DNA from: an uncultured Spirochaetota bacterium
GTDB taxonomy: Bacteria > Spirochaetota > UBA4802 > UBA5550
Direction: 5' to 3'
DNA: 64,000 nt
Assembly (NCBI GenBank): GCA_963827275.1
Contig: CAWHAA010000010.1
Span: 256,001-320,000 of the forward strand
Below, in pieces: positions 7,915 to 18,142 of this stretch (its first letter is position 1; each line of letters opens with the position of its first letter). The notes under the pieces are model-generated. The model ran no database searches, was not told the DNA's origin, and saw nothing but the letters and a program-made list of their open reading frames with translations. The position numbers and the translations under genes are program-made.

Positions 7915-10062
7915 TTATTTCTTAAGCACCACCAGCGCGTCCACCGCGACCGGCTCGGCCCCCTCTATTATGATCGGGTTGATGTCGATCTCCGCCACCC
8001 CGGGATGGGCGAGCGGCACGAGGCTCAGCCGGTGGAGGGCCCGCGCCAGCGAGCTGACATTGACCGCCGGCATCCCCCGGAACGGGCCCAGGAGCGCGCG
8101 CGCGCGTATATCGAACAGCATCTCCGCCGCATCGTCCTCGCTGATAGGCGCCGGCCTGAAGACCGCGTCACCCAGGGCCTCGGTGAAGATGCCCCCCAGG
8201 CCGAACATCACCGACGGCACGAACCCGGGGGCGCGCACCAGGCCGGCGACGAACTCCCGGTCTCCCCTGACCATGCGGTAGGCGATGACCGGGACGTTCC
8301 TCCCGGCAGCCTCCTGTATCTTGCGGAACGATGCGACCGCCTCGTCCTTCGATTTCAGGTTGAGATAGATGAGCCCCTTCCCGGTCTTGTGGAGGATATC
8401 TCCCGCGCTCGCCTTCATGACGAGGGGAAAGCCGGCCTTTTCCGCTGCGGCGGCCGCTTCGTCTTCCGTATTCGCGACGATCTCGCGGGTGACCGGGACC
8501 CCCCACGCGTCCAGGAAGAGCTTCGAGCCATGCTCGTCCAGGTTCGCCTCTCCCCTTGCGCGGCACTCTTCCAGCAGGCGCGCCGCTTCACCCGGCGCCG
8601 TGACCGGCGCGGGCTTCGCCCAGGGCGCGCGCTCCCGCACCTCCCTGTGGCGCAGCATCATCAGCATGCCGCCGGCGGCCTTCTCCGGAGAATCGAATAC
8701 CGGCACGCCGTGGTCGTGGTAGGACGTGGTATAATTGTCTTCCCTGTCAAAAAAGCTCGATATGGAAACCGGCTTGTTATACACGGGAATGTAATCCGCG
8801 GCGGTGGATGATTTGTCATTGAAGCCTGCGATCAGCCCCTCGAGGGAGACGTCCTTCATCACCGCGCTGAAATGTGGAAAGACGGCCTTTATCCAGCCGG
8901 TCCCCATGACACCGTGTATCACAAGCCCGTCAACCTCCCCGCTTTTCAATATGATCTCGGGTATTTTATTCGCAAGGTTCTCGATCTCCATGCTGAAGGT
9001 CATGTCGATCGGGTTCCCGCAGGGGGCGTGGGGCGGCACGAGGGGCCGCACCAGCTCCCGGACCTCCTTTGAAAACTCCGGCACCTCGAGCCCCCCCTTC
9101 TCAAGGGTGTTGGCGATCGCGGAGCCCGGGCCGCCCGAATTGGTGAGGATGCCGATCCGCTTCCCGTTCAACCGGGGCTGGTTGGCGAGCATGTTCCCGT
9201 AGTGGTACAGGTCCTCGATGCTGTGCACCCTGATGATGCCCGCCTGGCGGAACAGGCCGTCGTAGAGATGGTCCGGCGCGGCCATGGAGCCGGTATGGCT
9301 CAGGCTCGACCGGGCGCCGGCGCTTGAGCCGCCCACGTACTGGGCCAGCACCGGCTTGCGCGGCGTGATGGCCCTCGCGACATCGATGAAGCGCGGAATG
9401 TCGCTGATCCCCTCGATGTAGAGCGCTATGGCCTTCGTGTGCTCGTCCTCACCCAGGTACTCGAGCGCGTCTATGATGTTGATGTTCGCGCTGTTGCCCA
9501 CGCTGATCGCCTTGCTGAAGCGGATCCCGTTCTGTACGAGATAGGGGATCGACTGCGTGACATAGGTGCCGCTCTGCGACGCGAACCCCAGCGAACCGGG
9601 CGCGATCGTATAAGGCATGACCGTGGTATTCAGCGCTATCTGGCTGTTGATGATCCCCATGCAGTTGGGCCCGAGAAAACGGATACCGTACCGGTCCGAC
9701 AGCTCGATCAGGCGCTCCTGCATCCGCCGCCCTTCATCGTTCATCTCGCCGAAGCCGGCGGTTATGATGATGGCGCTCTTCGTCCCCTTCCTGCCGAATT
9801 CTTCGATGATCCTGACGACCTCGACGGAGGGGACGACGATAAAAGCGAGGTCCGGAACGTCCGGTATATCCGCGATCGAACGGTATGCAGTGAGGCCGAG
9901 CACCGTTTCCTGCAGCGGGTGGACAGGATAGATTTTTCCTTTATACCCGTCGTTGATAATGCTCAGGGCGTGCATGGTGCCCATCTTTAAAATATTGTTC
10001 CCGGCCCCGACTGTGGCTATCGACCCGGGGTTCATCAGGCGGTGAAGGGGATTTTCGCTCAT
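7915..10062 (-). CDS. ADP-forming acyl-CoA synthetase (acetate-CoA ligase family), fused alpha+beta
   Basis: CoA-binding domain, GPNCMG, SQSG, SHTGS phospho-His, NPID; C-terminal ATP-grasp (HKT, EIDINP). Confidence 0.9.
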   Translation of the reverse strand: MSENPLHRLMNPGSIATVGAGNNILKMGTMHALSIINDGYKGKIYPVHPLQETVLGLTAYRSIADIPDVPDLAFIVVPSVEVVRIIEEFGRKGTKSAIIITAGFGEMNDEGRRMQERLIELSDRYGIRFLGPNCMGIINSQIALNTTVMPYTIAPGSLGFASQSGTYVTQSIPYLVQNGIRFSKAISVGNSANINIIDALEYLGEDEHTKAIALYIEGISDIPRFIDVARAITPRKPVLAQYVGGSSAGARSSLSHTGSMAAPDHLYDGLFRQAGIIRVHSIEDLYHYGNMLANQPRLNGKRIGILTNSGGPGSAIANTLEKGGLEVPEFSKEVRELVRPLVPPHAPCGNPIDMTFSMEIENLANKIPEIILKSGEVDGLVIHGVMGTGWIKAVFPHFSAVMKDVSLEGLIAGFNDKSSTAADYIPVYNKPVSISSFFDREDNYTTSYHDHGVPVFDSPEKAAGGMLMMLRHREVRERAPWAKPAPVTAPGEAARLLEECRARGEANLDEHGSKLFLDAWGVPVTREIVANTEDEAAAAAEKAGFPLVMKASAGDILHKTGKGLIYLNLKSKDEAVASFRKIQEAAGRNVPVIAYRMVRGDREFVAGLVRAPGFVPSVMFGLGGIFTEALGDAVFRPAPISEDDAAEMLFDIRARALLGPFRGMPAVNVSSLARALHRLSLVPLAHPGVAEIDINPIIIEGAEPVAVDALVVLKK

Positions 10063-10186
10063 TTCGTACCTCGTCAGAAGATCAGCATAACGGCGCGGTC
10101 GGCATCAAACTGGCACAGATGCACACAAACGCACTGGTTTTGTGCACATTTTTTTACCGGTTGGAAAAAAGTCAAGAGGTAAAAGG

Positions 10187-10849
10187 TCACTGTATCCCCA
10201 CGTTAAAACTGCCGTCGCGGATCTGCATGACAGTGCTCCCATCAGCAGACTTCAACTCTCCTGAAAAGGTCCCCCGCGCCCTCCCGCCAGCGCCGCCCCA
10301 TTCATCAATGGTGAGCGAGAAGGGATGGGCATAGTCAAGCGTATAGAGGACGCCGCTTTCAGAGCCGAAGAACTGTATAATAAAGGGGGTGGATTTTTCA
10401 GAATAGGTCCCCGGGGTCACATCCGAGGGGAGCATCATTGACAAGACATGGCGGTAGGTGGATTGGTTCGATACGGTGATCCCGCTCATATCAGCGGCAA
10501 AATTCACGAGGTATCCCGTTAATTCGGAAGACACGGAAATTTTTGTGAAATTCGCAACCGACGTATAGGTATTGGTACCCGACTCTCCCTGTATCCTGAA
10601 GCTGGCGGTATTTTCCACGGCCTGCATCGCTTCGTCGCCGGCATTCTTCGCGGGGTCAGCGCCCTCGCCGTCATCATTCCAGCTTTCTTCTTCATACGTG
10701 GTTGTCCCGCCTGAGCGGGCCGTGTCGCCCGATATTGATTCAGACAGGAGGGCCGTCCCCGGCGCCGGCTCCTCGTCGTTGCTCCCGCAGATGAAATAGA
10801 TCAGTACTACCGCGCCGATCAAAAGAGAAATGATGATGTTTTTTTTCAT
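10187..10849 (-). CDS. Hypothetical exported protein
   Basis: N-terminal hydrophobic segment, acidic linker, beta-rich C-terminus. Confidence 0.65.
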   Translation of the reverse strand: MKKNIIISLLIGAVVLIYFICGSNDEEPAPGTALLSESISGDTARSGGTTTYEEESWNDDGEGADPAKNAGDEAMQAVENTASFRIQGESGTNTYTSVANFTKISVSSELTGYLVNFAADMSGITVSNQSTYRHVLSMMLPSDVTPGTYSEKSTPFIIQFFGSESGVLYTLDYAHPFSLTIDEWGGAGGRARGTFSGELKSADGSTVMQIRDGSFNVGIQ

Positions 10850-11034
10850 GGGTGCCCGCTCCGCGATCGTTGATAGAGACTGATTACCTGATGAGTGGAA
10901 AATGTCAAAATAAATTTATCCTCACGTTCCACATTATCCTATGAATGATCTTCAGCGGTACAGTTACAAAAATATATTGACATACCCGCCGATCGGCCCC
11001 AGGAATAGGGCATTACACCGGGAGGGGGTACTTC

Positions 11035-11958
11035 ATGAAAATATTCATCACCGGCGGACTCGGATTTGTCGGATCGAAGCTTACGGCCGCCCTCACGGCA
11101 GGGGGCCACGGGGTCACCATTGTCGAGCGCAATCCCGGCAACAAGCCGGCACCGCCGAAGGGCGTGTCGGTCATAACGGGCGATGCCTCCAAACCCGGCC
11201 CATGGCAGGACGCTATCGCCGGCCACGACGCGGTAATCAACCTCGCCGGGGTTTCCATCTTCAGCCGGTGGAGCAAGGAGAGGAAAAAGGAGATCTACAA
11301 TAGCAGGGTGCTCATCACCCGCAACGTCGCTGACGCGCTGAAAAAGATCAAGGGCAAAAAGCCCGACCTCCTGTCAGCCTCGGCCGTGGGCTACTACGGC
11401 TTCCACGGCGACGAAATGCTTTCTGAAAACGACGTCCCCGGGGAGGACTTTCTGGCCCTGGTCTGCCGCGACTGGGAAGCGGAGGCAATGAAGGCGGCGG
11501 ATGCCGGCTCCCGCGTCGTCATCACGCGCTTCGGCGTGATCCTTGACGACAGCGGCGGCGCGCTCGACCTGCTCGCGAAGATTTTCCGCTGGAGGCTGGG
11601 GAACCGGCTCGGTTCCGGCCGGCAGTGGTTTTCGTGGGTCCACGCGGACGACCTTGTCGCGGCCTTCCTCTTTCTCCTGGAAAAAAAGACGATCCGCGGG
11701 CCGGTCAACATCACCGCTCCGGTGCCGGTGACCAACCGCGAGCTCACCAGGGCACTGAACAGGGCGCTGGGCACGTTCCCCCTCGTGCCGCCGGCGCCCG
11801 GGCTGCTCCTGCGGCTGGCGCTGGGAGAGTTCGGCAGCTTCCTCCTGCGGGGACAGCGGGCGGTGCCCCGCCGGCTCCTCGACCTCTGGTTCGAATTCAG
11901 GTATCCCGATATCGACGCGGCCCTTGCCGGGATCTTCGGAAACGGCCGCGCCCGGTGA
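11035..11958 (+). CDS. TIGR01777-family NAD-dependent epimerase/oxidoreductase (YfcH-like)
   Basis: ITGGLGFVG, INLAG, SASAVGYYG, LGSGRQWFSWVH. Confidence 0.9.
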   Translation: MKIFITGGLGFVGSKLTAALTAGGHGVTIVERNPGNKPAPPKGVSVITGDASKPGPWQDAIAGHDAVINLAGVSIFSRWSKERKKEIYNSRVLITRNVADALKKIKGKKPDLLSASAVGYYGFHGDEMLSENDVPGEDFLALVCRDWEAEAMKAADAGSRVVITRFGVILDDSGGALDLLAKIFRWRLGNRLGSGRQWFSWVHADDLVAAFLFLLEKKTIRGPVNITAPVPVTNRELTRALNRALGTFPLVPPAPGLLLRLALGEFGSFLLRGQRAVPRRLLDLWFEFRYPDIDAALAGIFGNGRAR

Positions 11959-13331
11959 CAGGCGGCGCGTCATCCATGCGCGGCGAAATCTTTACCAGGC
12001 GCACCCGGTTCCCCGTATCAGCCGGCGAGCTGTTCGCATGGCACCGCGCGCCAGGGGCGCTCGAACGGCTCACGCCCCCGTGGGAATCAATCACCATAAT
12101 AGAGCAGCAACCGATCGCAGAAGGGTCGAGGACCGTCTTCAGACTCAAAACCTGGCCCCTCTCTTTCAGGTGGGTCGCGAAGCATGTCGATTTCACCGAA
12201 AACAGCTGTTTCACCGACGTGCAGGTGAAAGGCCCCTTCTCCTCATGGCGCCACACCCACCGCTTCATACCCGAAACCGGGACAACCTGCGTCCTTGAAG
12301 ACAGCATCGAGTACCGGCTGAAATTCCATTCCCTGGCCATGCCAATCGCGGGGCGCCTCGTAAAAAAAAGGCTGGAACGGATGTTCGAGTACCGCCACCG
12401 CATCACCCTCGAGGACACCGCGCGGGTGAAGCAGGGGAAGCCGCTCGACATCCTGATCACCGGCGCGCGCGGCCTTGTAGGCTCCAGCCTGGTCCCCTAC
12501 CTCTCGACCCGCGGGCACAGGATAACCCGCCTGGCGCGCGACAGCGCGGGAGGCGGCGCATACTGGGACCCCGTGCGGGGCATCATCCGCTGTTCATTCG
12601 ACCGTACCGACGCGGTGATACACCTCGCCGGGGAGCCGATTGGCGATGGCGTCTGGACCCGCGCCAAGATGCGCGCCATCATGCAGAGCCGCGTTGCCGG
12701 GACCAGGCTCCTCGCAGAAACGCTGTCGTCGCTTGAACGGCCCCCCGCGCTCCTCGTCTGCGCCTCCGCGGTCGGCTACTACGGCGACAGGGGCGACGCG
12801 CTCCTTTCGGAGGACGACGCGCCGGGGACCGGTTTCATCGCCGACGTATGCCGGGAATGGGAACGGGCGGCGCGGCCGGCAGTCGACCGGGGCATCCGCG
12901 TCGTGTTCCTTCGCATCGGCGTGGCGCTCCATCCCGGCGGCGGGGCACTGCGGCGTCTCCTCGCGCCGGCCCGGCTGGGGCTCGGCGGCTTCCTGGGAGA
13001 CGGCGGCCAGTACACGAGCTGGATTTCAATGGAGGACCTCGTCGGCGCCATCGAGCATATCCTGCTGCGCCCCGGCCTTCGCGGGCCGGTGAACATCGTG
13101 GCCCCGGGACCGGCACGGAACAGGGACCTGGTCCGGACGCTTGCCCGGGTCCTCGGGCGGCCCGCGCTCTTCGGCCTGCCCGCATGGGCGGTGCGGCTGG
13201 CCTTCGGCAGGATGGGGCGCGAAGTCCTGCTCGCAAGCGCCAGGGTTTCGTCCCGGAAGCTCGAGGAATCCGGGTACCGGTTCCGGCACCGGGACCTTGA
13301 ATCGGCCCTTCGCTACCTGTTGGGGAAATAA
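11955..13331 (+). CDS. SRPBCC domain + TIGR01777-family oxidoreductase
   Basis: WHRAPGALERLTPPWE..FTDVQVKGPF..WRHTHRF, then ITGARGLVG..ASAVGYYG. Start is GTG 11955 (GTGA overlap) or ATG 11976. Confidence 0.88.
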   Translation: MTGGASSMRGEIFTRRTRFPVSAGELFAWHRAPGALERLTPPWESITIIEQQPIAEGSRTVFRLKTWPLSFRWVAKHVDFTENSCFTDVQVKGPFSSWRHTHRFIPETGTTCVLEDSIEYRLKFHSLAMPIAGRLVKKRLERMFEYRHRITLEDTARVKQGKPLDILITGARGLVGSSLVPYLSTRGHRITRLARDSAGGGAYWDPVRGIIRCSFDRTDAVIHLAGEPIGDGVWTRAKMRAIMQSRVAGTRLLAETLSSLERPPALLVCASAVGYYGDRGDALLSEDDAPGTGFIADVCREWERAARPAVDRGIRVVFLRIGVALHPGGGALRRLLAPARLGLGGFLGDGGQYTSWISMEDLVGAIEHILLRPGLRGPVNIVAPGPARNRDLVRTLARVLGRPALFGLPAWAVRLAFGRMGREVLLASARVSSRKLEESGYRFRHRDLESALRYLLGK

Positions 13332-13337
13332 ATGCGG

Positions 13338-13421
13338 CCCCTCCCCTTTGACGGGGGAGGTCGGGTGGGGGCGAAGACCGGTTTAATCACCCTCCCCTGT
13401 CCCCTCCCATCAAGGGAGGGG
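13338..13421. repeat. Inverted pair of C/G-run palindromic REP-like repeats
   Basis: CCCCTCCCCTTTGACGGGGGAGG..GGGTGGGGG (13338-13371) faces CACCCTCCCCTGTCCCCTCCCATCAAGGGAGGGG (13388-13421). Confidence 0.7.
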
Positions 13422-13442
13422 AATACTATACTGGATAATAAA

Positions 13443-14534
13443 ATGAACACACTGACAAAAGCAACCATGGCCCTGACAATGACCACGGCCCTCATGTTCG
13501 GCTTCCTGCACCTGTTCATCCCCGGCCATAACTTTGAGCGGCTCCATATATTCCTTTTCAATCTCTGCGGGGGCGGCACCCTGCTGCTCGTCCATACCGA
13601 GGGAAAAAGATCGCTCTCGGCCAGGACAGGGGCGTTCTATATTTTGTCCCTCCTCTACGCGGTCGCGGCGTTCACTTCCTTCTACCTTTACGCGATCGCC
13701 ATTGCCATTGTCCTGGCGCTGCTGGTGGAAACGGTCCGCGTCCGCAGGTTCTCCCTCTTCCCTGTGGATTTTTTCCGCTGGCGTGCGCCCGTGCACGAGA
13801 AATTCCACCAGGCGGCCCTCCTCTGCCTGTCCGCCGGGCTGCTCATATCCTCGCTGGTGATCGCCAATCATGAGTACTGGAGGTACCCGGTCTCTCCCAA
13901 GCTGACGCTCGACATCTTCTTCCTCGGCTTTTCCTTCCCCGCTTCGCTCATAACCATGTCGGTCATGTTCGGCATGATGGAAAAGCGCGGCGGGCTGCCC
14001 GCGCGTATCCTCAGGGAATACGCCTTCTGGGCGGTGAACCTCGGCGTGATCATATTCTTCCTGTTCATCCTCCTGCAGATGCCCATGGCTGAGCTGGCCG
14101 TCGCCCTCTCGCTCTTCATCGCCGTGATGATGATATTTTTCCTGTACCTGAAGCTTGGCGCGGTAATCCAGCCGAAGGCATTTCTTACCTCCGGGGTCGT
14201 TTTCCTGATCATGACCGCCGTGACCGGCATTCTCTACATATTGCTGCATGTTTTTATCCCGGAACCGCCGGGCGGAAAGCTTCTTTTGAAGCTCCATGCG
14301 CTCATCTCTCTTTACGGATGGAACCTCACTGGGCTGGCGGTGCTCTGCCGGTATAATGATTTCCCGATCCGCCTCCATTCCGGGCGGACCATCCTGTTTC
14401 ACTGGGTCATCGTCACGGTGGTTGCGCCCCTCGGATTTTATTTCCCCGTCTTTTCCGTTCTCGCTGTCATCGCGTACGGGACCTTCCTCTGCATCCTCCT
14501 CTTTACCGGTGATACGGCATCCGGTCATGGATGA
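13443..14534 (+). CDS. Multi-pass membrane protein of unknown function
   Basis: Many hydrophobic segments with several His residues (FERLHIFLFNL). Start set at ATG 13443, after the repeat. Confidence 0.75.
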   Translation: MNTLTKATMALTMTTALMFGFLHLFIPGHNFERLHIFLFNLCGGGTLLLVHTEGKRSLSARTGAFYILSLLYAVAAFTSFYLYAIAIAIVLALLVETVRVRRFSLFPVDFFRWRAPVHEKFHQAALLCLSAGLLISSLVIANHEYWRYPVSPKLTLDIFFLGFSFPASLITMSVMFGMMEKRGGLPARILREYAFWAVNLGVIIFFLFILLQMPMAELAVALSLFIAVMMIFFLYLKLGAVIQPKAFLTSGVVFLIMTAVTGILYILLHVFIPEPPGGKLLLKLHALISLYGWNLTGLAVLCRYNDFPIRLHSGRTILFHWVIVTVVAPLGFYFPVFSVLAVIAYGTFLCILLFTGDTASGHG

Positions 14535-14692
14535 GTGAATTGTTTCTTCACGCGCCATTTTTTCATGCAAAAACCAGGTAGTGTGCCCTTCTTAACCGGG
14601 TCGGGCACGATCCCATGCGTCCCTGTCGGCGGTGCGTTCCCTGAAGACATCGTGCAGGTCCTGAAAAACATTTTTTGGACCAAGCAATACAC

Positions 14693-14721
14693 TTGACATA
14701 TACATCATCATGCGATAGACT
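14693..14721 (+). promoter_or_regulatory. Putative sigma70 promoter
   Basis: TTGACA-N17-TAGACT immediately upstream of the kinase start. Confidence 0.5.
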
Positions 14722-14729
14722 ACGTGCAT

Positions 14730-17225
14730 ATGGATATGCTTGGCTCAATCACTTCTTTTTTCCTCAAGAATTACGCGGACAAGGATGTCATTATTCAGAA
14801 AAAAGCCCGCATACTTTTCTGGATCGTCTCCGCCATAGCTATCCTGATCGTGCCCATGTATATCGCGTTTTCAATAGTATATGATTGGCGCCTGAACCTC
14901 CAGGTACTCCTGATCTTCATGGCCGCGATGCTTTTCCTGACGCTGGCCATCCTGTACGCGGGGCACTTCATCCTGTCGTCGCACCTGTTCCTGGTCCTCT
15001 GCTTTGCCGCCATATGGTCGTTTTTTTTTATTGACCTCGACGCCACGAACTACATCGACCGGATGTCCTCACTGGTGCTTCTTCTCGCGGTTCTCAACTT
15101 TATCCCGCTTATCATCGTCCGCAGGAAGCACATCATCATTGCCTATTATACGTTAAACACGGCAATCCTCTGCGCTTTTTTTTATACAGTCTGGTCGACA
15201 TCATCCATACCGCAGGCCACGATGGCCTCCTATTCCATCGATGCCGTTGTCGCTTTTTTAATGAGCGGAATCGTTTCTTACCAGCTCATCAGCGTAAACC
15301 TCCTGGCCGCGGACCGCGCCAAGACCGCGGAGGCCGAGATCCGCAAGAGCGAGGAGCTGTTCCGGGGGATGGTCGAGGAATCGCCCCAGTTCACGATCAT
15401 CATCAACCAGGACGGCACTCTTGATTTCCCGGACAGCGTGAAGTCGCTCCCGTTCGGGCTCAAGCGGGAGGAAATCCCCACCCTCGAGCGACTGTGGGAA
15501 ACGGCATACCCGGACGAGGGCTACCGCCGCCTGATCAAGGCTGAATTCAGCATCATCATGAGGGAAGTCGCTGAAGGCCACCCGGTAAAATCCATCGAAA
15601 CGAAGGTGATGTCCCGCGACGGGTCCTACAGTGACGCCATGATCCGCTACTCCCCCCTGGGCCAGAGCGGGAGGGGGCTCATGCTCTTTGACGACATCAC
15701 GAACAGGAAGATCATAGAGCGCTCCCTCCAGGCCTCTGAGCGGCGGTACCGCAAGCTCTACGACAGCATGCTGGACGGATTCGTCAGCCTCGACATGGAC
15801 GGCACAATACTCGAATTCAATACGGCCTACCTGAAAATGACGGGGCACACCGCCGCGGAACTCTACGGGATGACCGTGTGGGACCTCACCCCGCACCGGT
15901 ACCACGATATGCAGAAAAAGATCATGCAGGAGCAGGTCCTCGCCCGGGGCCATTCCGACCTTTTCGAGAAGGAATACATACGAAAAGACGGCTCTATAGT
16001 GCCGGTGGAGCTGCGGATATATCTCGTGCAGAATGACGAAGGCGTCAACACGGGCACGTGGTCGATTGTCCACGACATCACAAAACGGAAACAGACGGAA
16101 AACGAGCTCCTGAGGACGAGCAAGATAGAGTCCCTCGGGGTGTTCGCCGGCGGTATCGCGCACGACTTTAACAACCTCCTCACCGCCATCATGGGCAACA
16201 TATCCATCGCGAAGCTCGACCTTCCGCGCAATTCGAAAAACAAGGAGATTTTAAACGAGGCCGAGAAGGCCTCAGAGCGGGCAAAAGACCTGACGATGCA
16301 GCTCCTGACATTTTCCAAGGGGGGCGCGCCGATAAAAAAAATAGCGTCGATACGCGACCTCCTCGTTGACACGGTGGAATTCGTCCTCAGGGGCTCACAG
16401 ATAAAGACCAGCTTTTCCATCCCGGACAAGCTGTGGAACGCGGAAATAGATGTCGGTCAGATCAGCCAGGTACTGCACAACCTCGCCCTCAACGCGCGCG
16501 AGGCCATGCCGGGAGGGGGCTATCTCTCCGTAGCGGCCGAAAACAGGACGGTGGCGGGCAAGGACAACCTCCCCATAGAGCCCGGCAACTACATCACGCT
16601 GCGGATCAGCGACACCGGCTACGGGATACCGAAAAAGCACATCCACAAGATATTCGACCCCTTTTTTACGACAAAAGACAAGGGCACCGGCCTGGGACTC
16701 TCCGTCACCTACTCCATTATAAAGAAGCACAGCGGGCATATTACCGTTGAATCAACCGAACGCCACGGGACAACCTTCACTCTCTGGCTGCCGGCGACAG
16801 AAGAAAAGATCGCCGCCGCCATGAACCATGTTTCGGAAAAGACGCTGACCAGCGGCAGGGTCCTCCTCATGGACGACGAGGAGATGGTGCTCGTGGTCGG
16901 GCAGAAAATACTGCAGCGGCTGGGGTTTGCCACCGAGGTGGCGCATGACGGAAAAGAGGCCATCGAGCTGTACCGCCGCGCGAAGCTGTCGGGGAAGAAA
17001 TTCGACTACGTGATCATGGACCTCACGGTCCCCGGGGGGATGGGCGGCAAGGAGACCATCAAGCTGCTGAAGGAGTTCGATCCGTCAATCAAGGCGATTG
17101 TATCGAGCGGCTATTCCAACGACCCGGTCATGGCCTCGTACCGGGACTACGGCTTCTGCGGCGTCGTTGCCAAGCCGTATACCGTTGAAGACATCCAGGA
17201 AGTGATCATCAGCCTCCAGAACTGA
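14730..17225 (+). CDS. Membrane-bound PAS hybrid sensor histidine kinase/response regulator
   Basis: TM N-terminus, PAS/PAC, GGIAHDFNNLL H-box, DPFFTTK and GTGLGL boxes, C-terminal receiver (MDDE, MDLT, KPY). Start codon uncertain (14724-14736). Confidence 0.92.
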   Translation: MDMLGSITSFFLKNYADKDVIIQKKARILFWIVSAIAILIVPMYIAFSIVYDWRLNLQVLLIFMAAMLFLTLAILYAGHFILSSHLFLVLCFAAIWSFFFIDLDATNYIDRMSSLVLLLAVLNFIPLIIVRRKHIIIAYYTLNTAILCAFFYTVWSTSSIPQATMASYSIDAVVAFLMSGIVSYQLISVNLLAADRAKTAEAEIRKSEELFRGMVEESPQFTIIINQDGTLDFPDSVKSLPFGLKREEIPTLERLWETAYPDEGYRRLIKAEFSIIMREVAEGHPVKSIETKVMSRDGSYSDAMIRYSPLGQSGRGLMLFDDITNRKIIERSLQASERRYRKLYDSMLDGFVSLDMDGTILEFNTAYLKMTGHTAAELYGMTVWDLTPHRYHDMQKKIMQEQVLARGHSDLFEKEYIRKDGSIVPVELRIYLVQNDEGVNTGTWSIVHDITKRKQTENELLRTSKIESLGVFAGGIAHDFNNLLTAIMGNISIAKLDLPRNSKNKEILNEAEKASERAKDLTMQLLTFSKGGAPIKKIASIRDLLVDTVEFVLRGSQIKTSFSIPDKLWNAEIDVGQISQVLHNLALNAREAMPGGGYLSVAAENRTVAGKDNLPIEPGNYITLRISDTGYGIPKKHIHKIFDPFFTTKDKGTGLGLSVTYSIIKKHSGHITVESTERHGTTFTLWLPATEEKIAAAMNHVSEKTLTSGRVLLMDDEEMVLVVGQKILQRLGFATEVAHDGKEAIELYRRAKLSGKKFDYVIMDLTVPGGMGGKETIKLLKEFDPSIKAIVSSGYSNDPVMASYRDYGFCGVVAKPYTVEDIQEVIISLQN

Positions 17226-17239
17226 CCGGGACCCGCCGG

Positions 17240-17578
17240 TCACGCCAGGTATGCGGATTTAAAATCGGCTTCCGACACGATTTCAAACATGCTTGCCAGC
17301 TTGGACACGTCAAAGAGTGTGGAAATGTGGTCGGTGATATTCATGAAAACCAGCCTGGTCTCGGTTTTCTCCGCTTCCTTTTTGAACTTGATAAACAGGC
17401 CCAGGCCGGAAGAATCGAGGGTGATGAGACTTTTACAGTTCAGCCCTATTACGCGCGGCTTCGCCGCAATTTTTTCCATAAAGAGCTTTTCCGCATCTTC
17501 CAATTCATTAAACAGAAGGTCGCCTTTTATGGATATGACAAATACGTCCTTGTGTTCGGTGCAATCGACTGTCAGCAC
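17240..17578 (-). CDS. STAS-domain anti-sigma factor antagonist
   Basis: LDSSGLG phospho-Ser motif, 112 aa. Confidence 0.88.
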   Translation of the reverse strand: MLTVDCTEHKDVFVISIKGDLLFNELEDAEKLFMEKIAAKPRVIGLNCKSLITLDSSGLGLFIKFKKEAEKTETRLVFMNITDHISTLFDVSKLASMFEIVSEADFKSAYLA

Positions 17579-17662
17579 AGGCCCATACCCCCACTATTGT
17601 TGTCTGTTCCCGGTCGGGAGCAATGCCGGCATGCGGGCCTTGCTCCTGGTGACCGCCGCTTT

Positions 17663-18142
17663 TTATTCTATACCGGTCATGTCAATTTTCAGCGACAGGC
17701 CGTCCAGCGTCAAGGGGAACCTCCGTTTCCTGCCGTTGATCAGGGCGTCACACCAGACGGTCGTATCGCCCTTTTTATACTCAGTGAACGACCTGATCTC
17801 GTAGGTCCTGAGCATCCGGTCCGGGTTCATGCGCTGTACCCTCCCGAACTCGCTGACGAAGAGCTCCTCGTCGCTCATGGCCCGCTGTGCGGGTGACAGC
17901 TTCTGCATCCGCAGGCTCTGGATAAAGGCGGGGTGGGTCAGCCGGTACAGCGCCCGCCAGTCCCTGTTTTTCCACGCCTCCAGGAACTCCCGCGCGACAT
18001 GGTCAGGATTGATCCGCTCAAGACGCTCGTCCGTCCTGCCGCACGAGGCGCTGCCGGCGGCTATCATGACCGCGAGCGAGATAACGGCGCCGCGCACGAG
18101 GCGCCGCGCAATCAGAAGGATAGTTGTTTCGCGTCGCCCCAT
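17663..18142 (-). CDS. Hypothetical lipoprotein
   Basis: Hydrophobic stretch ending SASC; last genes of the proA-nadD-rsfS run. Confidence 0.6.
   Translation of the reverse strand: MGRRETTILLIARRLVRGAVISLAVMIAAGSASCGRTDERLERINPDHVAREFLEAWKNRDWRALYRLTHPAFIQSLRMQKLSPAQRAMSDEELFVSEFGRVQRMNPDRMLRTYEIRSFTEYKKGDTTVWCDALINGRKRRFPLTLDGLSLKIDMTGIE

Noticed and set aside
7583..8281. 232-aa plus-strand ORF
   Set aside because: It spans repeat cassette 4 and is antisense to the acyl-CoA ligase, with no recognisable motifs.
11625..11954. Long N-terminal extension of the second TIGR01777 gene
   Set aside because: It overlaps the preceding gene out of frame and has R/G/P-rich shadow composition.
13410..14570. 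386-aa minus-strand ORF
   Set aside because: Antisense shadow of the membrane protein gene, typical of GC-rich DNA; the many similar overlapping ORFs in the track were rejected likewise.
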